Source of the DNA: Chloroflexota bacterium
GTDB lineage: Bacteria; Chloroflexota; UBA11872; VXOZ01
Reading direction: 5' to 3'
Length of the DNA: 64,000 bases
NCBI GenBank assembly: GCA_964291655.2
Contig: OZ219801.1
Coordinates: 704,001 to 768,000, forward strand
The first letter of the stretch is position 1; every line of letters starts with the position of its first letter. The notes beneath the pieces were generated by a model. That model did no database searches, was not told where the DNA came from, and saw nothing but the letters and a program-made list of their open reading frames with translations. Positions 10,340-21,290 of this stretch are shown here, piece by piece. Both the position numbers and the translations under genes were made by a program.

Positions 10340-11560
10340 ATGTCATTGTCCGCAGAAGAACAAGCGTTATTGAGTGGTGAGAAGCGCAACCTGCCGTTCC
10401 TACCGGCGCTGGGCGGCTGGTACAACGAAGAAGAGGTGGAAGCCCTGACCCAAGCGCTCCGCGAGAGCATGGATTGGAAAGTCGGCTTTACCGGCAACGA
10501 CATTACGGAGTTTGAACGGGAATTTGCCGAGTATTGCGACGTAAAGTACGCCTATGCTGTGAATTCTTGTGGCACGGGTCTCGATGGGGCGATGCAGGCG
10601 CTGAACCTCGGCCCGGAAGATGAAGTGATCGTACCGGCCATTACATACATCGCGACCGCCCAGGCGGCAGTCGGCGTAGGCGCGAAAATCGTGTTGGCCG
10701 AGTGCCACCCGGATACTTTCAACATCGATCCCAACGACGTGGAACGCCGCATGACGGCAAACACCCGCGCCATCATGCCCGTCCACAATAACGGTCTCTC
10801 TGCCGACATGGACGCCCTGGCAGATATTGCCGAACGACACCCCCACCCCACGCACGGCCCGCCCCCCGTGGTCGGCGATGCCGCTCGTGCCGCCGGCGGC
10901 GGCTACAAGGGCACCCGCGTCGGCAAGAAGGGCGCCATGAATATCTTCAGCTTCCAGACCACCAAAAACATGACCACCCTTGGCGAGGGCGGCATGGTGA
11001 CGACGGATGATGACGATTACGCGGCCTACATCAATAGCAGCCGCTCGTTTGGCTGGGGATTGAAGGGCTGGGGTACAAACTACCGCCTGACCAAGCTGCA
11101 GGCCGTCGCCGGTAGAATCCAGCTTGCGCGGCTCGACGAGATGAACGACCTGCGCCGCGACCGTGCGTTGTTACTCTCCGAGTGTCTGGCCGATGCGCCC
11201 GGTGTCATTGTTCCCCAAACCCCAGCAGGTTACGATCACGTGTGGTACGGCTATACGGTCATGCTGGAATCTGAGTGGGCCGGTGAGCCGCGCGATAAGG
11301 CTTTAGAGCACATGCAGTCCGAGTACGGCGTTGGCGGTGGCATTATGAACGCCGCTCTTCCCGACTACGACTCCATTTTGAATAAGATGGGCCACAAGCC
11401 GGAGGACGTGCCCGTATCGACCGATCTTGGTCGGCGTCTCTTCTGCCCCTCGCTCCATCCGTTGATGAGCGACGACGACGTAGCGTACGTCGCGGCCTCC
11501 ATCAAGGCGAGCATGGAGACAGTGGCGGGGACTGTTGGCGCCGCTGCGGTTGCGCTGTAA
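10340..11560 (+). CDS. DegT/DnrJ/EryC1/StrS family PLP-dependent aminotransferase
   Basis: FEREFAEY, AVNSCGTGL, EVIVPAITY, FSFQTTKNMTTLGEGG (PLP Lys), NYRLT. Confidence 0.9.
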   Translation: MSLSAEEQALLSGEKRNLPFLPALGGWYNEEEVEALTQALRESMDWKVGFTGNDITEFEREFAEYCDVKYAYAVNSCGTGLDGAMQALNLGPEDEVIVPAITYIATAQAAVGVGAKIVLAECHPDTFNIDPNDVERRMTANTRAIMPVHNNGLSADMDALADIAERHPHPTHGPPPVVGDAARAAGGGYKGTRVGKKGAMNIFSFQTTKNMTTLGEGGMVTTDDDDYAAYINSSRSFGWGLKGWGTNYRLTKLQAVAGRIQLARLDEMNDLRRDRALLLSECLADAPGVIVPQTPAGYDHVWYGYTVMLESEWAGEPRDKALEHMQSEYGVGGGIMNAALPDYDSILNKMGHKPEDVPVSTDLGRRLFCPSLHPLMSDDDVAYVAASIKASMETVAGTVGAAAVAL

Positions 11561-11612
11561 GGCGCATCTCGTCGCGGTACAAGCAGCGCGTTGAGAATTA
11601 GAGCAGAATTGA

Positions 11613-11659
11613 AGATAGGGAGGGATGAAGATTGCATCAGCGCCCCTCCCTATCTGTTT
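11613..11659 (+). terminator. Probable intrinsic terminator hairpin
   Basis: AGATAGGGAGGG (11613-11624) pairs with CCCTCCCTATCT (11644-11655); weak T tail. Confidence 0.45.
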
Positions 11660-11854
11660 GCGTGGCACAGAGTGTCGCACGAGACGCCGCACCGGGCCCG
11701 TGCTCTCCGGCGTAGTTGCGTCTGCATACCGATTGCTCTACATTTGGGAAAGAGCCCTTTCCCAAGCCTGCTCACGCGAGTAGCCTTGAAAGCAATGCCG
11801 GAAACGCCTTGCTCCGTGATCGCAGTGTGAAGTGCAAAAGGACGACCTAGCGCA

Positions 11855-12616
11855 GTGATGCTCGTATTCAATGTCTGGCGCAGAGCGCTGGGCATGCACT
11901 ACTTCGAGTTCTTCACCGTCATCAGAGGCAATATCCTCTGGGCGCTCTTCTGTCTTCCGTACGCGCTCTATAGCTACCTCGCATTCCTGCAGGTCTCCGC
12001 GGACGCCGCGGAAACCGCCCAGGAAACCTCGCCGATCTTTCTGGGCATTTCGTACACTATCGCCTCGCTAGTGCTGCTTGCGCTTGCCGGTCCTGCTACT
12101 GCAGCACTCTACGATTTCGCCGCCAAGTCGCTGGCCGGCGAAACTGTAAACATGCGGATCTACTGGCAGAGCTTCAAGACTCTCTTCGTTAAGGGCTATC
12201 TGTTGGCAGCGGTCAATCTCTTGATCCTCGCGGCGCTCGTGCTCAACACCTGGTTTTACCTCACGGCAGACATTCCCCAACTCATGCGTGCTCTCAGCAT
12301 CGTCTTCTTCTGGGGTATTGTGTTCTGGGTGGCTATTCAGCCGTACTTGTTCTCGGTAATGATTCGTCTCGAGACCTCAGTGCTGCAGACGTTTCGTAAC
12401 GCCGTCTTGTTGGCGCTCGACAACCTCGGCGTCACGATCAGCCTGATCGGTGTGCAAATCGTGATGCTATTCTTTTTCATTCCCCTCTTTGCCATTGCGT
12501 ATCCGGTCTTGGGCGGCTCGATCTTCGCCCACACGCACGTGGGAGTCCTGAACGAACTCCTTGATCGTTACGACGAGAAGCAGAACGCCGGCGAAGCCAC
12601 GCAGAGCGAATCGTGA
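11855..12616 (+). CDS. DUF624/YesL-like integral membrane protein
   Basis: NILWALFCLP, GPATAAL, YWQSFK, FRNAVLLAL pattern; several TM helices; upstream of a sugar ABC ATPase. Confidence 0.7.
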   Translation: MMLVFNVWRRALGMHYFEFFTVIRGNILWALFCLPYALYSYLAFLQVSADAAETAQETSPIFLGISYTIASLVLLALAGPATAALYDFAAKSLAGETVNMRIYWQSFKTLFVKGYLLAAVNLLILAALVLNTWFYLTADIPQLMRALSIVFFWGIVFWVAIQPYLFSVMIRLETSVLQTFRNAVLLALDNLGVTISLIGVQIVMLFFFIPLFAIAYPVLGGSIFAHTHVGVLNELLDRYDEKQNAGEATQSES

Positions 12617-12626
12617 GGAGGATGCA

Positions 12627-13799
12627 ATGGCAAGCCTCACTCTAGAGGGCGCTACCAAGACCTACAAGCGGCCAAGCCCTTTCTCCTGGAAAGGCATGAT
12701 CGGGCGGTTCAGAGGCGGGGAAGCTGACGACCTGGTCCTCCCCGACGCTGATGGATCCGAAGACGACCTGATTTATGCGCTCAACGGGATCGATCTCCAA
12801 ATCGACGATGGCGAGTCGCTGAGCGTGCTCGGGCCTTCAGGCTGTGGAAAAACCGCGTTGCTACGCGTTCTAGCCGGCCTGGAAATACTGGATGAAGGCA
12901 AGGTGCTTTTCGATGGAGAAGACGTAACCACCGTCGGCCCGCAGGACCGCAACGTTGCCATGGTATTTCAAGACTACGCCCTGTACCCCCACTGGCAGTC
13001 AGAGGATAACTTGGGCTTCTTCTTTCAAATGCACCAGCGCAAGCACGAGATTCCCGAGCGTATACGCATTACCGCGCGGGTCATGGGACTCGGCTTCGAA
13101 ACGCTTCTCAGCCAGAAGCCGCCGAAGCTCTCCGGCGGACAACAGCAGCGCGTAGCAATCGCGCGCGCGATTATTCGGGACCCACGGACATTCCTCTTCG
13201 ATGAGCCGCTCTCGAACCTGGACGCTACGGTGCGCGCCCGTACCCGCGTCGAGATACGACGCCTGATACAGCGATTCGGCATAACGTCAGTCTACGTTAC
13301 CCACGACCAATCAGAGGCATTCACGATGGGCGACCGCATTGCCGTAATGCATGAGGGCCGCATCTTGCAGGTTGATACCCGCCACCAACTTATCGAGCGC
13401 CCGCTCAACCTCTTCGTCGCCGACTTCATTACGGTGCCGGCCATGAATCTGCTGCCCGGCGTCGTGTATAGAGAGTACGTGGAGATCCACGACCGCAAGA
13501 TTACGCCGCCGCCAATCGTGCTGCAACAATATCAGGCCGAACGGGTCACCATCGGCATTCGGCCAACAGACGTTGTGCTGCGATCCGAAAATGAGGAGGA
13601 CACGATTCCGGCCAAGATCGAAACCGTGGAACCGCTCATGAGCGATCGCGCAGTACTGCTCACAGTGCGCGTAGGGCGGTACACCTACCGCATTCAACGC
13701 CCCCAGACCGAACATCACGAGCCCGATACGCTCATCTTCATGGACGTGCCCCCGCACTGCCAGCACGTTTTCGATAGCAAGGGACGGCGCGTAAACTAG
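12627..13799 (+). CDS. MalK/UgpC-type sugar ABC transporter ATP-binding protein
   Basis: GAGGAGG RBS before ATG 12627; [41 protein letters not shown]; TOBE-like C-terminus. Confidence 0.9.
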   Translation: MASLTLEGATKTYKRPSPFSWKGMIGRFRGGEADDLVLPDADGSEDDLIYALNGIDLQIDDGESLSVLGPSGCGKTALLRVLAGLEILDEGKVLFDGEDVTTVGPQDRNVAMVFQDYALYPHWQSEDNLGFFFQMHQRKHEIPERIRITARVMGLGFETLLSQKPPKLSGGQQQRVAIARAIIRDPRTFLFDEPLSNLDATVRARTRVEIRRLIQRFGITSVYVTHDQSEAFTMGDRIAVMHEGRILQVDTRHQLIERPLNLFVADFITVPAMNLLPGVVYREYVEIHDRKITPPPIVLQQYQAERVTIGIRPTDVVLRSENEEDTIPAKIETVEPLMSDRAVLLTVRVGRYTYRIQRPQTEHHEPDTLIFMDVPPHCQHVFDSKGRRVN

Positions 13800-13905
13800 C
13801 ATGCCGGGCGGCCAATTCCAGAGCCTATTCCTTCATCGACCCAGCGAATTCCTGGTGCCTACGTCTAATCGAAGCTGGAGCAATCGGAACTCCCACCCGA
13901 CCTCT

Positions 13906-13930
13906 GGATTCCGGCTTGCGCCGGAATGAC
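13906..13930. repeat. REP-like palindrome, GTCATTCC-N-GGAATCC family
   Basis: GGATTCCGGCTTGCGCCGGAATGAC between convergent genes; relatives at 18.27-18.63 kb and 35506-35530. Confidence 0.7.
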
Positions 13931-14141
13931 GGACTCATTCGATCCACCTTCAGCGGGCAAGGCTCAATCTGACTGAGCCAGTCTCCGTAGCTCCAACCCA
14001 GACGTGTATTCACGAGTCTTAGTGGTTCGACACTTTTGCATCTATGGGTAGCGAATGTTCGCACGGGACGTGCGCGTAAACCTGGGCCGTCTCCCCGCGC
14101 TGTCGCTTACACCTACCCATCATTACAATGCACTTGGCCAC

Positions 14142-15128
14142 TTAGTCGTATTTCAAGAGGACGCCCAGGAATTCATCCTTGCGATCGCGCAGGCCCTCGT
14201 AGGCCGTTTGCCCCTCGGTGTACGGCAACACGTGTGTAATGAGGGGATCCACGTTAATGCGTCCGCTTGCCAGCAGCGACCAGAGTAACGGGATGTCCTG
14301 CTCGCGCGTCGCGGCATCTACCGTGCTGGCATGCGCACCGATGAGGTGCACGCCCGTGCGATGGATGTCAAAGTAGGGATCGAGTTCCAGCTTATCCCGT
14401 GGACTCCCCAGCAGCACGACGCGCCCGTGGTTTGCCGCAGCTTTGATTGCTAAGTCGATTGTCGGCCCACTCCCCACGGCCTCAACCACGAAATTCGCAC
14501 CACGCGGGCCAAGTTCCGGCAGCCATTCAGAAAGCGGCTTTTCACTCAAGTTGAATGTCAAGTCCACACCGCACGCCTGCGCTTGCGCCAGGCGAGGCGC
14601 CGCAAGGTCCGCGGCTGCGACCTGACCGGCTCCCGCCAACCCGCAAAGCTGCGCACAGAGATTGCCCACCAGACCCATACCGATCACAAGTACGTTTTCA
14701 CCAAAGTAGACTGGTGCTTGCCGTATCGCCGACAATGCAATTTGCAGCATAGATAAGAACGGCGCGTGAGAATCGTGCACTCCTTCCGGCACGGGCAGCA
14801 CGGCATCATGACTGAGAAGCGCGTGCGTGGCGTGGCGGCCCCGATGAAAGACGCGTGCCCCGGGGGCGAGATTGGTCACGCCATCGCCAACCGCCAGTAC
14901 CTCGCCCACAGCGGCATAACCCGGCCGAAACGGGAACTTGGCATAAGCAAAATCAGGCTCAGCGAAGCCCCGATGCGTCTCCGTGAACATGGCAAGCTCC
15001 GTGCCCGCGCTGATCAGCGAGAACCGGTTCCGTACCAAGACTTCACTGGTGCCTGGTTCGTCTGAGATGGCCAGAGTCTCTGCGACGCAGGTATCTCTGC
15101 TTGGAAAGACTAGCACCTGAGTTTCCAT
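14142..15128 (-). CDS. Medium-chain (zinc-binding ADH family) dehydrogenase
   Basis: SLISAGTE, PGYAAVGEV..VG, GMGLVG nucleotide-binding motif, VEAVG, LITH. Confidence 0.85.
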   Translation of the reverse strand: METQVLVFPSRDTCVAETLAISDEPGTSEVLVRNRFSLISAGTELAMFTETHRGFAEPDFAYAKFPFRPGYAAVGEVLAVGDGVTNLAPGARVFHRGRHATHALLSHDAVLPVPEGVHDSHAPFLSMLQIALSAIRQAPVYFGENVLVIGMGLVGNLCAQLCGLAGAGQVAAADLAAPRLAQAQACGVDLTFNLSEKPLSEWLPELGPRGANFVVEAVGSGPTIDLAIKAAANHGRVVLLGSPRDKLELDPYFDIHRTGVHLIGAHASTVDAATREQDIPLLWSLLASGRINVDPLITHVLPYTEGQTAYEGLRDRKDEFLGVLLKYD

Positions 15129-15337
15129 GTGCGCTCCTCTATTGCTGTTGCCTCACTTTGGATGAAACCACGGTCGGCCCCGCGCGCCAGGCGTCGAAAC
15201 ACAGACTATGCGGTCATGATGCCGGCCTAGCCCAGTGCAGCCTAGGCGTTAACTGTTGCTGTGACCGCTTGACCTAACCGCACGATACTCCGTTGCCACT
15301 GGGAATCGTAGCGCGCAACCTGCATTGCGGCAACAGT

Positions 15338-15667
15338 CTAATGGGCGCGCTCTATGAGCCGTGTGAGATTGGCAAGGTGCTCATGGAGCTTGGCGCGACC
15401 TCGCGCACTCAGAGAATACCAAGTTACCGGCCGACGGTCGCGGAAGGTCTTCTCGACTGCAACATAGCCACCATCTTCCAGCTTGCGCAGATGCGTCCCG
15501 AGGTTGCCGTCCGTTTCGGCGAGAACTTGCTTGAGACGGCTGAAAGACATGAATTCATGCTTAGAGAGCAAAACACAGACTGCGAGTCGCACCCGATGCT
15601 CAAGCAGACCGCCGAGTGACGCCAATTCTTCAAGACTGGCGATGTCTGGATCAGCTCGTCTGGGCAC
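15338..15667 (-). CDS. Winged-helix transcriptional regulator (HTH_34/ArsR-like)
   Basis: HRVRLAV, FSRLKQVL, TDGNLGTHLRKLEDGGYV, RPVTWYSLS. Confidence 0.85.
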   Translation of the reverse strand: MPRRADPDIASLEELASLGGLLEHRVRLAVCVLLSKHEFMSFSRLKQVLAETDGNLGTHLRKLEDGGYVAVEKTFRDRRPVTWYSLSARGRAKLHEHLANLTRLIERAH

Positions 15668-16220
15668 GCGGTGTCACTCCAAGATAGCCCAGCGTCAATA
15701 GCGCCACAGCAAACAAGACCCCGGTAATTGTCCACCCATAGTCAGGTACGAACAGGGTGATGGCATAGCCTACCCCCGCCACCAGGCCTACTGCCAGCAA
15801 ACGACGGTCCAGGTGCAAACCGGCGAGAGAGTACGTTAATGCCAGCAACAGCAGCCAGATTGAACTATAGCCGGACCACGTTAGCTGTTCTGTTGCGACC
15901 AATACGCTACAAAGCAGACCAACCCCTAGAAATGACAGCCAATGCAGGGCCCACCGGATGCCTTCCCAGCTATCCGCCTGGCCGACACTCCGGCTATGGC
16001 GTATGCCCAACCATGCCGAAATCACAACACCAAGCGGCGCCGCTACTGTCCAGTACCATCCAATCCAGCGAGGGTCACTGGCGAAATCTACCAGGGCAAA
16101 ACCAATGAGCGCAACGGCCGCCCAAAAGACAAAGGTAGCCGTAGGCTGACCGGGCCCAGATCGCTGTGCCACGGCGCGAACGTACGCTACGTCCTCTCTA
16201 AGTTTATCTGTATCCGACAT
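15651..16220 (-). CDS. Multi-pass membrane protein coupled to the regulator
   Basis: AAGGAG RBS before ATG 16220 (MSDTDKLREDVAYVR); about 6 hydrophobic helices; overlaps the regulator start. Confidence 0.7.
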   Translation of the reverse strand: MSDTDKLREDVAYVRAVAQRSGPGQPTATFVFWAAVALIGFALVDFASDPRWIGWYWTVAAPLGVVISAWLGIRHSRSVGQADSWEGIRWALHWLSFLGVGLLCSVLVATEQLTWSGYSSIWLLLLALTYSLAGLHLDRRLLAVGLVAGVGYAITLFVPDYGWTITGVLFAVALLTLGYLGVTPRAQTS

Positions 16221-16353
16221 GACAATCTCCTTTGAATCACATACTACTCCTATATGATGTGTACTCTGCATTATAGAGTATATAGCTCAACGTGTCAAGG
16301 GTGAGTCCGATCCGTGAGCTATGAAATGGGGAATCTATACCCGCGAATACCGC

Positions 16354-18159
16354 CTAATCTACGACCCTCTCCACGTATTCCAACGACTGGTGCCGGAAGT
16401 AGGTGTCGTAGAGTCCGGCGTAGTGGCCGCCGGCGGCTAAGAGTGTTTGGTGGGTGCCTTCTTCTAATATGCGGCCGCTGTCCAAGACGAGGATGCGGTC
16501 GGCGTGCTGCACCGTGTACAGGCGGTGCGCAATGACGATGGACGTGCGGTCGCGCATGATAGCCTCTATGCCGTCTTGGATCTGGACTTCGGTAAATGGG
16601 TCCACGCTTGCCGTAGCCTCATCCAGAATGAAAACTGCCGGGTCGTGCAGCATGACGCGCGCCAGCGCTACAAGTTGACGCTGGCCCATGGAAAGGCGCC
16701 CGCCGCGCTCGCCGACGTCCGATTCCAGCCCGTTCGGCAAGTCGGCAAGCCAGTCTCCTCCCGCAATGTGCTCCACCGCGCGCAGCACGTCCGCCTCATT
16801 GGCATCCGGTTTGCCGTAGCGGACATTCTCCTCCACGGTACCGCTAAAGAGAAATGGAGATTGCGGCACGATGCCGATCTGCCGACGATAGGATGGCAGG
16901 TTGAACGTGCGGATGTCACGCCCGTCGACCAGCAGTTGGCCCTCCTGAAACTCATAGAAACGCGCCACCAGCCGCACAATGCTCGTCTTGCCGGAACCGG
17001 TGTGACCGACCAATGCAAGGGACTCGCCCGCGTGTATCGATAGATTGAAGTCGGGGAGTACGGTCTCTGTTGGCAGGTAGCTGAAGTTGACATTTCTAAA
17101 CTCAAACCCGCCCTGAACATTTTGAGCGGAAATGTCGTCGGTCTGCACCACTCGTGATTCTGCGTCTATCAACCCGAATACCCGCTCACTGGCAGAGAGG
17201 CCGTTCTGGAATTGGCTCCAGAACGAAGCGATTTGCGTAAGGGGAAACCAAAAGAACATGAGCGCTTGGATAAAGAGGTACCAATCGCCCACGCTCATAG
17301 TGCCGGAGGCCGTGTTCAAACCGCCGAAGTAGACGATGACTGCTGTGCCGATGCCGGCGGTGGCGTTAAAGACGGGGAAAAAGGTATTCAGCACTATTCC
17401 CTGACGAAAATTAACTCGATACGCCTGTTCGTTAATGCGGACAAAGTCATCGTGCACGGCCTTCTCTTGGCGAAAGACCTTGGCTACGGCAATACCGCTA
17501 ATTGACTCCTCGATGTGCGCGTTCACCCGCGCCATAATGCGTCGCGAGTGCAGCGACGTTTCGCGGGCAATGCGCCGGAATAGGAGCGAAATGGCTGCCA
17601 CGAACGGCGCCATTGCCAAAGTAATTAACCCCAGCTGAAAGTTGATGAACAGCAGCACACCCCCCATAAGCAACACCAGCATGGCTTGGCTGATGAGATT
17701 CATCGTCAGGGAGACCGTTTCCGCAAAGCCGTCGGTATCGGATGAAACGCGGCTTACCAGCTTGCCGGTCGGCTGGTCGTCAAAGAATGAGAGATCGTGC
17801 CCCATGGTTGCATTGAAAGCGTCCTCTCGAATCTTGAGCGTCACGTTCCCAATTGCCGTGGCGCCAAGCCACTGCCGGAGGAAGTTCAAACCCCATGAGA
17901 CGCTGCTCAAAAGCAGAATGGAAATGATGAGAAGCACCATTACCTGCGTGGCGGGATTGGCGATGACAAGGTCGATCCCGCGTGAAATGAGGATAGGTAC
18001 CGCGGTATCGGTAAGCGAGCCCACGAATACCGCGAGCGCAACAATCAGCATGGGGCGTGCTTGCGGGCGAAAGTAGTTGATGATGCGGCGCAGCAGCGCG
18101 CGGTCGCTATACTCGCGATCGTACGCATCCGCATCCAGCCCGTCCATTACAAAGCCCAT
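16354..18159 (-). CDS. ABC exporter half-transporter (TMD+NBD), consensus-site subunit
   Basis: GHTGSGKT, LSMGQRQ, ILDEATASVD (catalytic Glu present), IAHRL. Confidence 0.92.
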   Translation of the reverse strand: MGFVMDGLDADAYDREYSDRALLRRIINYFRPQARPMLIVALAVFVGSLTDTAVPILISRGIDLVIANPATQVMVLLIISILLLSSVSWGLNFLRQWLGATAIGNVTLKIREDAFNATMGHDLSFFDDQPTGKLVSRVSSDTDGFAETVSLTMNLISQAMLVLLMGGVLLFINFQLGLITLAMAPFVAAISLLFRRIARETSLHSRRIMARVNAHIEESISGIAVAKVFRQEKAVHDDFVRINEQAYRVNFRQGIVLNTFFPVFNATAGIGTAVIVYFGGLNTASGTMSVGDWYLFIQALMFFWFPLTQIASFWSQFQNGLSASERVFGLIDAESRVVQTDDISAQNVQGGFEFRNVNFSYLPTETVLPDFNLSIHAGESLALVGHTGSGKTSIVRLVARFYEFQEGQLLVDGRDIRTFNLPSYRRQIGIVPQSPFLFSGTVEENVRYGKPDANEADVLRAVEHIAGGDWLADLPNGLESDVGERGGRLSMGQRQLVALARVMLHDPAVFILDEATASVDPFTEVQIQDGIEAIMRDRTSIVIAHRLYTVQHADRILVLDSGRILEEGTHQTLLAAGGHYAGLYDTYFRHQSLEYVERVVD

Positions 18160-18217
18160 TGGTTAGTCCTCATCGGAAGTGCGGAATAGAAAGTGTCAGC
18201 GGTCTCAGGCTCAGGGA

Positions 18218-18626
18218 AGCGCGGGGGCTTGTCCCCCGCTCCGGGCGCAGCCACGCGAGGAGAAGCGGATGGATTTCCGATTTCACGGGAATGACGGATC
18301 GGGGTGCACCCTCTCTCATCGCCAAGATGCATTCAATGCGGCTTAACCTTGCCATACCTGTGCGGGACACTCCGGCACGTAGCGCGGGGGCTTGTCCCCC
18401 GCTCTTTGAGTTTCGCACATGCCTCAGGGAAGATGGATTACCGCTTTCGCGGGAATGACGAATCTGGGGTACACCCTCTCTCATCAACAAGATGTGTTCG
18501 ATGCGGCTAAACCTCGCCTTACCTGTGCGGGACACTCCGGTACGTAGCGCGGGGGGCTTGTCCCCCGCTCTTGGCACATCGTACGTCTCGAAGATCGGAT
18601 AGTTTCCCGTTTTCGCGGGAATGACG
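18218..18626. repeat. BIME-like mosaic tandem repeat, about 2.5 units of 163-165 bp
   Basis: GTAG-type palindromes AGCGCGGGGGCTTGTCCCCCGCT (18218, 18381, 18546) alternate with ...CGGGAATGAC palindromes; the linkers are homologous. Confidence 0.8.
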
Positions 18627-18691
18627 GCAATTGAAACGGCTTACCCGAGCTACAATGCCGTCTCCTTGTGCCGCGATTCTACTCATATCTA

Positions 18692-20491
18692 CTAGTCTCC
18701 ACTGACTGTGGCGGGCATTGCGGCGACATAGCGCTCGTCCCGATGCGCAAAAATGTCGCGGTAAGCGGGACTGCGCGCAATGAGTTCCTCATGCGTGCCT
18801 TGGTCCTCCAATTCTCCGCCCCGCAGCACCAGAATGCGGTCGGCCCACCGGATCTGCGAGAGTCGGTGCGTGATGAGAAACGTCGTCCGCCCGTGCAGAA
18901 TATTGCGCAGCGCACGCTGAATCTGATCTTCGGTCGCACTGTCGATCGCGCTCGTCGAGTCATCGAGCACCAGTATGCGCGGGTCGGCCAAGAACGCGCG
19001 AGCAATGGCGATGCGCTGCCGCTGTCCGCCGGAGAGCGTCACGCCGCGCTCGCCCACCACCGTGTCGTACCCATCCGTAAAGCCCATGATAAAATCATGC
19101 GCCTGAGCCTGTTTCGCCACCGCTTCAATCTCCGCGCGGCTCACCGGACGCCGCACGCCAAAGGCAATGTTCTCGGCCAGTGTACGTGAAAAGAGAAAGA
19201 CATCCTGGTCGATTGTCGCAATCTGCGAGCGCAGTGATTCCATCGACCACACGCGTACGTCGACGCCGTCAATCATTACTTGTCCATCCGAAACCTCGTA
19301 GATACGATTGATGAGCCGGGTGAGTGTGGACTTGCCGGACCCAGTCTGCCCGACGATTGCAACCGTCTCGCCCGGCTTGGCTTTGAAGCTAATGCCTTTG
19401 AGCATATTGGATTCGTGGTATGAGAATGAAACATTGTTGAACACCACCTCGCCTTTCATCTGCCTCTCGACTCCCGCACGATTCTCGTCTATCTCCGTCT
19501 CCGCATTCAGGATAGCGAGAATACGGTCCGCCCCCGCCGTGCCGAGCTTGACGAGAGAGAACGCAAAAATGGAAACAAACGTTGGGAATCGAAGCATGCC
19601 TAGAAAACCCATGAATGTAATGACCTGGCCGAGAGTCAATCCGCCATTGCTGTAGAGATAGAGTGCGTGGGCAAGGCCGAGCGCTAACGTAAATGAAAAC
19701 ATGAGCAGCGGCAGGTAGAGCGCCTGAATCTTGCCCTGTTTTATGAAGAGATCACGGTAGCTTGCCGCCTTGACCCGAAAACGGCTGAATTCTTGCTGCT
19801 CCTGCGCGTTCGACTTAACGACTTCAATGCCCGCAATCGATTCGGTCAGGTTGGCGTTGAGCACGCCGAATTGCGCGCGGAGGGCACCTGCTACCGGGCC
19901 CAATCGACGCAAGTATCCCCGCAATGCAATGAGAAAGCCGATGAGGAAAAGCACCGGTATCGGCAGCAGCGCCGCATTCAAGAACGCAATGGCGATGATG
20001 GGTGCCACCATGTTAACGAGCCACTCCGAAAGCAGCAGCAAGCCGGGATTGACCATGTAGTTGAGCTGCTTTACGTCATTGGTGGCGCGCGCCATGATGT
20101 CGCCAACGCGTTGCTGTCCGTGATAGGTCTGGCTCTTACCTAGCAGATTTACGTAAAGTTCGTCGCGCACGTCGCGCTCCATGCGCAGCGCCACAATCTC
20201 AGCCGTGTAATTCGCGAGAAGCTGCATTACGCCCCTCAACACGCTTATGCCGAGAATTGCCAGAGCAAAACCCAGGAGCACAGACACCACGGCGCTTGCA
20301 TCTGCGACGGCGTCAAAGGCATCCCCCATTATCCTCGGTACTTGCACCGCGGCCACCACGACACCGGCTCGAAAGAGGGTGCCAACCACCACGTGGACCG
20401 GGTAGCGCATTGCATGACTGACCAGCCACCGCGTAACGGAAGAGCGATCATACGTATGTTCGATTTCCGGCGTAAACTCGCGATTTCTCAA
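18692..20491 (-). CDS. ABC exporter half-transporter, degenerate-site subunit (heterodimer partner)
   Basis: GQTGSGKS, LSGGQRQR, LVLDDSTSAID (Asp replaces the catalytic Glu, TM287-like). Confidence 0.92.
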   Translation of the reverse strand: MRNREFTPEIEHTYDRSSVTRWLVSHAMRYPVHVVVGTLFRAGVVVAAVQVPRIMGDAFDAVADASAVVSVLLGFALAILGISVLRGVMQLLANYTAEIVALRMERDVRDELYVNLLGKSQTYHGQQRVGDIMARATNDVKQLNYMVNPGLLLLSEWLVNMVAPIIAIAFLNAALLPIPVLFLIGFLIALRGYLRRLGPVAGALRAQFGVLNANLTESIAGIEVVKSNAQEQQEFSRFRVKAASYRDLFIKQGKIQALYLPLLMFSFTLALGLAHALYLYSNGGLTLGQVITFMGFLGMLRFPTFVSIFAFSLVKLGTAGADRILAILNAETEIDENRAGVERQMKGEVVFNNVSFSYHESNMLKGISFKAKPGETVAIVGQTGSGKSTLTRLINRIYEVSDGQVMIDGVDVRVWSMESLRSQIATIDQDVFLFSRTLAENIAFGVRRPVSRAEIEAVAKQAQAHDFIMGFTDGYDTVVGERGVTLSGGQRQRIAIARAFLADPRILVLDDSTSAIDSATEDQIQRALRNILHGRTTFLITHRLSQIRWADRILVLRGGELEDQGTHEELIARSPAYRDIFAHRDERYVAAMPATVSGD

Positions 20492-20699
20492 CGGAGTCTC
20501 CAGGAAGCATAGACCGTTGCCATCAATTCACTATAACATCCTGCAAAAGCCATAAAATCCTCTCTGCTACCGAAGTACTCTGCACCGCCCATGCAGTAGA
20601 GCGGCGTCTACAGGTGAATTGAAGCTTGGCGGCACTTGTTCAATTGCACGAATACTAGGTACATTAGAATGAAGAGCCAGGAGACCTCAGATTTTAAGA

Positions 20700-21287
20700 G
20701 TGGAGCGTGATGTGAAGAGTTTGGATGCGCAACGCCATTGGTGGCAGGTTGGGCGGGTAGTTCTGGGCGTGATGGCGTTTGCAATTTTGCTGGGCGGTTG
20801 TATTGCACAGCCCCAGGGCGTTGTTATCAATACCAAACCTACGCCCACACCGACGCCAGTTGTAGGCGACCCCAATAACGCAACGATCATCGAAGTCACG
20901 GTTGTGGACAACACAGTGCCGCCATCAGGCGTCGGCATTATCTGGATCAATCGCAGCGTAGGCTGGGCACCGTACGAGAGTCCCGGCGACGGTAGGTTGC
21001 CTCCCGATGAGTACGGCGTGCTGGTGTACATAGATGAAGAGCGCATCGGTGTCGTCTGGCCCGACGAAACCGGCGGAATGGGGCCGCGCCCCCTTGCAAT
21101 TCCACAGAACGTTTGGGGATTTGAGCTCGGCCAGCACACGCTTAAATTCGTCCAGCAAGGTCCTGAGGTGTGGCGAGAGTCTGCGCCGATCATACTTGTG
21201 GTAACGGAAGACTTTAAGCCTACCCCCACGGTCCCGCCCAGTCCCACGCCGAAGCCAGTGCCAACACCGTCGCCGAGGCCGTCGTAG
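20700..21287 (+). CDS. Pro/Thr-rich lipoprotein of unknown function
   Basis: Hydrophobic stretch then LGGC lipobox; PTPTP linkers at both ends of a beta-rich core. Confidence 0.65.
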   Translation: MERDVKSLDAQRHWWQVGRVVLGVMAFAILLGGCIAQPQGVVINTKPTPTPTPVVGDPNNATIIEVTVVDNTVPPSGVGIIWINRSVGWAPYESPGDGRLPPDEYGVLVYIDEERIGVVWPDETGGMGPRPLAIPQNVWGFELGQHTLKFVQQGPEVWRESAPIILVVTEDFKPTPTVPPSPTPKPVPTPSPRPS

Positions 21288-21290
21288 TTA

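Noticed and set aside
13822-13965. Possible GAGCC-ended MITE around the 13.9 kb REP
   Set aside because: Only 6 bp of inverted match and no TSD
18147-18577. Short ORFs in the 18.2-18.6 kb and 38.2-39.4 kb spacers
   Set aside because: Translations of REP and tandem repeats (for example GDKPP, PSP..RG); no independent coding evidence
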